Part shown: piece after piece, positions 31,337 through 32,000 of the stretch | How the letters are laid out: the number at the start of each line of letters is the position of its first letter | Numbering within the stretch: the stretch's first letter is position 1 | Assembly (NCBI RefSeq): GCF_047555085.1 | Contig: NZ_CP180230.1 | Span: 990,001 to 1,022,000 of the forward strand | DNA from: Candidatus Saccharimonadota bacterium | GTDB taxonomy: Archaea; Nanohalarchaeota; Nanosalinia; Nanosalinales; Nanosalinaceae | Length of the DNA: 32,000 nt | Direction of reading: 5' to 3' | Made by a program: the position numbers and the translations under genes | Notes under the pieces: model-generated | What the model saw: only the letters and a program-made list of their open reading frames with translations | The model's database searches: none | Told to the model about the DNA's origin: nothing

Positions 31337-32000
31337 TTATACGTGTTTACTGTAGTACTCCACAGTCTTCTCAAGGCCTTCCTCGAAGCTGTAAGAAGGA
31401 GACCAGTCCAGAAGACGCTGAGCCTTTGAATTATCCGCATTATGCTGATGCACATACTTGTCACGCGGATTTTCAATTCTCTCGGCATCAATATCCGTTC
31501 CCAGAGCATCGTTAAGCTTCTCAACAACTTCATTGAAAGTTACAGGATCACCGCGTCCAACATTGAACACTTCTCCATCAAGCTCATCCTTTCTCTTAGA
31601 GGCCTTGATCAAGGCATCCACAACATCTTCAACGAAGACGAAGTCTCTCTCCTGAGATCCATCTCCCCATATGACAGGCTGCTCATCATCCATCATCTTC
31701 CAGAGGAACTGAGTAACCACGTTAGCATACTTTCCTTTAGCTCTTTCATGAGGCCCGAAAACAGAGAAAAATCTCAGGCCTGTGGTCTCCATCTGATTAT
31801 TGTAACTGTAGGCCTCCGCATACTTTTCACGCGACATCTTCGAAGCAGTATAAAGATTCGAAGGCACAGGATTCTGATCCTCCCTGTGAGGCGGCTCCAC
31901 GCTTCCATACATCGAAGAAGTGGATGCGTAGACAACTTTCTCGACTTCTTCATCCTTTGCAGCTTCAACTGTCTTGATGAATCCTTCGATATTTACTCGC
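31337..32000 (-). CDS. NAD-dependent nucleotide-sugar epimerase/dehydratase (extended SDR), N-terminus outside window
   Basis: The frame is open to the window edge (RVNIEGFIKTVEAAKDEEVEKVVYASTSSMYG...). The catalytic YTASK (Y-x-x-x-K) is present. RFFSVFGP and the C-terminal WSPSYSFEEGL are typical of UDP-sugar 4-epimerases. Confidence 0.85.
   Translation of the reverse strand, partial: RVNIEGFIKTVEAAKDEEVEKVVYASTSSMYGSVEPPHREDQNPVPSNLYTASKMSREKYAEAYSYNNQMETTGLRFFSVFGPHERAKGKYANVVTQFLWKMMDDEQPVIWGDGSQERDFVFVEDVVDALIKASKRKDELDGEVFNVGRGDPVTFNEVVEKLNDALGTDIDAERIENPRDKYVHQHNADNSKAQRLLDWSPSYSFEEGLEKTVEYYSKHV

Larger units (their letters stand above)
1..32000. repeat. dispersed palindromic hexamer AGGCCT, about 139 copies
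   Basis: Manual line-by-line scan. First copies are at 38, 390, 476, 758, 1051, 1092, 1255, 1332, 1842, 2208, 2273, 2339. Last copies are at 30761, 30811, 31374, 31600, 31776, 31810. Mean spacing is about 230 bp. Confidence 0.85.

Noticed and set aside
1-32000. AGGCCT excess as a consequence of amino-acid or codon preference (Ala GCC, Gly-Leu GGC-CTN, Arg-Pro AGG-CCT).
   Set aside because: The hexamer occurs in all three phases, in both gene orientations, in at least ten spacers and at a tRNA flank. Single-flank variants are far rarer than the full palindrome. Codon bias alone would favour one phase.
1-32000. Search for CRISPR arrays, transposases, integrases, rRNA and toxin-antitoxin or other recognisable defence genes.
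   Set aside because: None was found. There are no regularly spaced direct repeats. No ORF carries DDE, tyrosine-recombinase or serine-recombinase signatures, nuclease-helicase signatures or Cas signatures. The MazG-like gene is the housekeeping NTP-PPase type paired with ribH, not a MazEF module.

Overview
This is a compact archaeal chromosome segment with about 40 genes, and most spacers are under 120 bp. Archaeal hallmarks are an AglB/STT3 oligosaccharyltransferase (WWDYG motif), NAC, an overlapping SecF-SecD pair, an intron-containing tRNA, and TATA-like A/T boxes about 25-30 nt upstream of many start codons. Soluble and extracellular proteins are extremely D/E-rich. Together with a GC content I judge by eye to be in the mid-40s percent, this suggests a salt-in halophile, possibly a small-genome DPANN/Nanohaloarchaeota-type organism; that assignment is inference only. 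Housekeeping genes include thpR/ligT-like, fxsA-like, ribH, a MazG-like gene, ogg, an AI-2E transporter, a TctA/DUF112-like transporter, nac, secD/secF, tRNA-Thr(CGU) and tRNA-Ser(GCU). The window is dominated by cell-envelope functions, in three groups. First, a 1544-aa anchorless, sequon-rich acidic secreted protein is followed 3 nt later by a 493-aa membrane-anchored surface protein. Second, a 5-kb neighbourhood encodes lectin-fold secreted proteins: LamG, DUF2341+PA14+C-type lectin, DUF2341+ConA-like, and a lamin-tail-domain protein. Third, an N-glycosylation cluster holds aglB, a GT4 phosphosugar transferase, a cupin and an epimerase. Three signals stand out. (1) The palindrome AGGCCT occurs about 139 times, roughly 20-fold above the compositional expectation, in all codon phases, on both strands and in spacers. 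(2) A textbook long-form, EPN/WND-type C-type lectin domain appears to be inserted into a loop of an Fn3-like domain of an archaeal surface protein, within a lectin-rich locus that I propose as a glycan-recognition or host-attachment system. (3) The giant protein and the anchored protein may form an adhesin or S-layer module. I found no CRISPR array, transposase, integrase or rRNA. All motif counts were made by eye and need exact recounting.
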